Shown one piece after another: positions 62,454 to 64,000 of a stretch of 64,000 nt of DNA. Source of the DNA: Isurus oxyrinchus (taxonomy: Eukaryota); NCBI GenBank assembly GCA_026770705.1, contig JANJGN010000042.1, positions 2,356,001 through 2,420,000 on the forward strand, in the 5' to 3' direction. Every line of letters begins with the position of its first letter. Position 1 is the first letter of the stretch. The notes under the pieces were generated by a model. The model worked only from the letters and a program-made list of their open reading frames with translations. It did not search any database and was not told the DNA's origin. Both the position numbers and the translations under genes were made by a program.

Positions 62454-62917
62454 CTTGCAACTTCACAGCCCGGCTTATCCATGCTACCTGTGCATTTTAT
62501 TTTCATTTCACAACTCTTTCACTAGAGGCACTTTTCTCCCACAAAATGACACATTTATGTCGAACACAAATGACTTCTTGAGCCAATGACAACAGCGATT
62601 GCTGTTAGCTGGAGCAGTATTCATTGGCTCACAGTCCCACGTTGTCATTGGGTCCTTAAGCGACTAAAGAGGACAGAAATCGCCAACTCTCCTGTTACCC
62701 GGCGAGTTCCAATATTCAATTTATTGAATATTCATTTTGAATATTCCCCACTCACTGGCTGCCAGTTGAAGGATATCCTCACTTTGCTGTGTCCACTTTG
62801 TGAAAAGACGAAGAGTAAGTGCAATCCGAATGTGAGATTCTGCATTCAGCTAATATTCAACAACAAGCAGGGAACAAAGCAACTTTCCCTCTCCCCTAAT
62901 TGAACAATTTTCAATAA

Positions 62918-62990
62918 TGTTTTTGCCCGGTTTTGAACCGGGGACCTTTCGCATGTAAGGCGAATGTGATAACTACTACACTACAGAAAC
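62918..62990 (-). pseudogene. tRNA-Val (AAC/CAC-type body, anticodon TAC), probable pseudogene
   Basis: GTTTCTGTAGTGTAGTAGTTATCACATTCGCCTTACATGCGAAAGGTCCCCGGTTCAAAACCGGGCAAAAACA; acceptor-stem mismatch and D-loop GG>AG. Confidence 0.85.
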
Positions 62991-63655
62991 ATCACACACC
63001 AGCATCAAGTGCACCTGACGACAATGCAGTTCCACAGCAGCACTTTGGGTCCATGTTTTGAAGAAATGGAATTCGACTGTTCTCATCAGGAATGCTGAGA
63101 CAGACTGATCAACAATGTCATCATCAAATGGCACAGCGTGTTGGAGAGTTATTAGATCATCGCAGCTTCTTTTTTAAAGAGCAATCAATTAGTCTCAATA
63201 CTCCTCTCTCTTTCCATAAGCCTCAATTTCTCAATTTCAACTAACTGTCTAATTCACTTTTGAAGAATGAGTTTCTGCAGAATCCATGCACAGTTTCCCT
63301 GACTCAGTGGCATGGAGATTTGGACTTGGGTTCCTTCCAGTCCCTTGAGGAGTTGATCCTAATTCCAGCGTTGCCACAGTTTGAGTCACATTCCCACTTT
63401 TGCACACTTTAGGAATTCCTTTTCGGAGAACAAGAGGGAGCTCTAGTTTAATACAGGGCGGGTTGTGGTCCTTTATTTTGTTTGGAAAAGCACGGACAGG
63501 CAATACAAATATAAATTGTTGTGGGGGTAAAGGCAGGTGTGTGGAATCGCTAGAGCTACTCTTCCAAAGAGCCAGCACAGACACGACGGGCCGATTGACT
63601 TATTTCGCAGTCACCTCTGATTTGATAAGGACACATTTGAGCTCGCGAGCAGCTG

Positions 63656-63734
63656 TTAGTCAAGCTGACTGTTTAAGGTGACGGATTTGAAATCCATTGG
63701 GGTCTCCCTGTAGGTTTGAATCCTGCTGACTACA
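63656..63734 (+). pseudogene. tRNA-Ser(TGA) pseudogene
   Basis: ..TTAAGGTGACGGATTTGAAATCCATTGGGGTCTCCC..AGGTTTGAATCCTGCTGACTACA, with small deletions. Confidence 0.8.
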
Positions 63735-64000
63735 GTTCACATTCTTCCTCATTTTAACCAGGTGCCGCCAACCTCATCCTTGCGGCTACTGTGAAACTGA
63801 CAAGGTGGCACATGGCAGAAATTCATCTCTGAAAGTAACTGATACACATCAAATTCTGCCGCTTTCATGTTGCATCTTTTAACTTCCTGTTCTCCATCTC
63901 AGCCATTTTCACGTCTCTCAAATGTCACCCACCTGGGACTTAGCATCTACCTCAGTCTATTGAATATGGATGCTTTCCTGTGTGGTCTTGTTAGCTGGTG

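Overview
Vertebrate genomic DNA, almost certainly from a cartilaginous fish (shark), inferred from gene architecture and repeat content. The core (about 25.8-45.4 kb, + strand) is one complete, unrearranged elasmobranch-type IgM heavy-chain cluster: TATA, leader, VH, D1, D2, JH, Cmu1-Cmu4 with secretory tailpiece, TM1 and TM2. All splice sites are GT-AG and in phase. The RSS arrangement is V23 / 12-D1-22 / 12-D2-12 / 23-J. The cluster looks functional but is atypical: a VH and leader that appear IgW-like, no extra cysteines in Cmu2, JH YAGYW, W>R at the TM boundary and a KIK tail. Upstream lie an 8.7-kb 54-bp (2x27) satellite and many decayed LINE/SINE pieces. Downstream lie a 4.9-kb palindromic Penelope-like retroelement insertion (15-bp TSD, hammerhead-like motifs) and a decaying, internally duplicated tRNA gene cluster. 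Three paralogous CTCF-like modules bracket the Ig cluster. There is one 187-nt assembly gap in the J-C intron. Comparisons to other species' sequences are from memory and need alignment to confirm.
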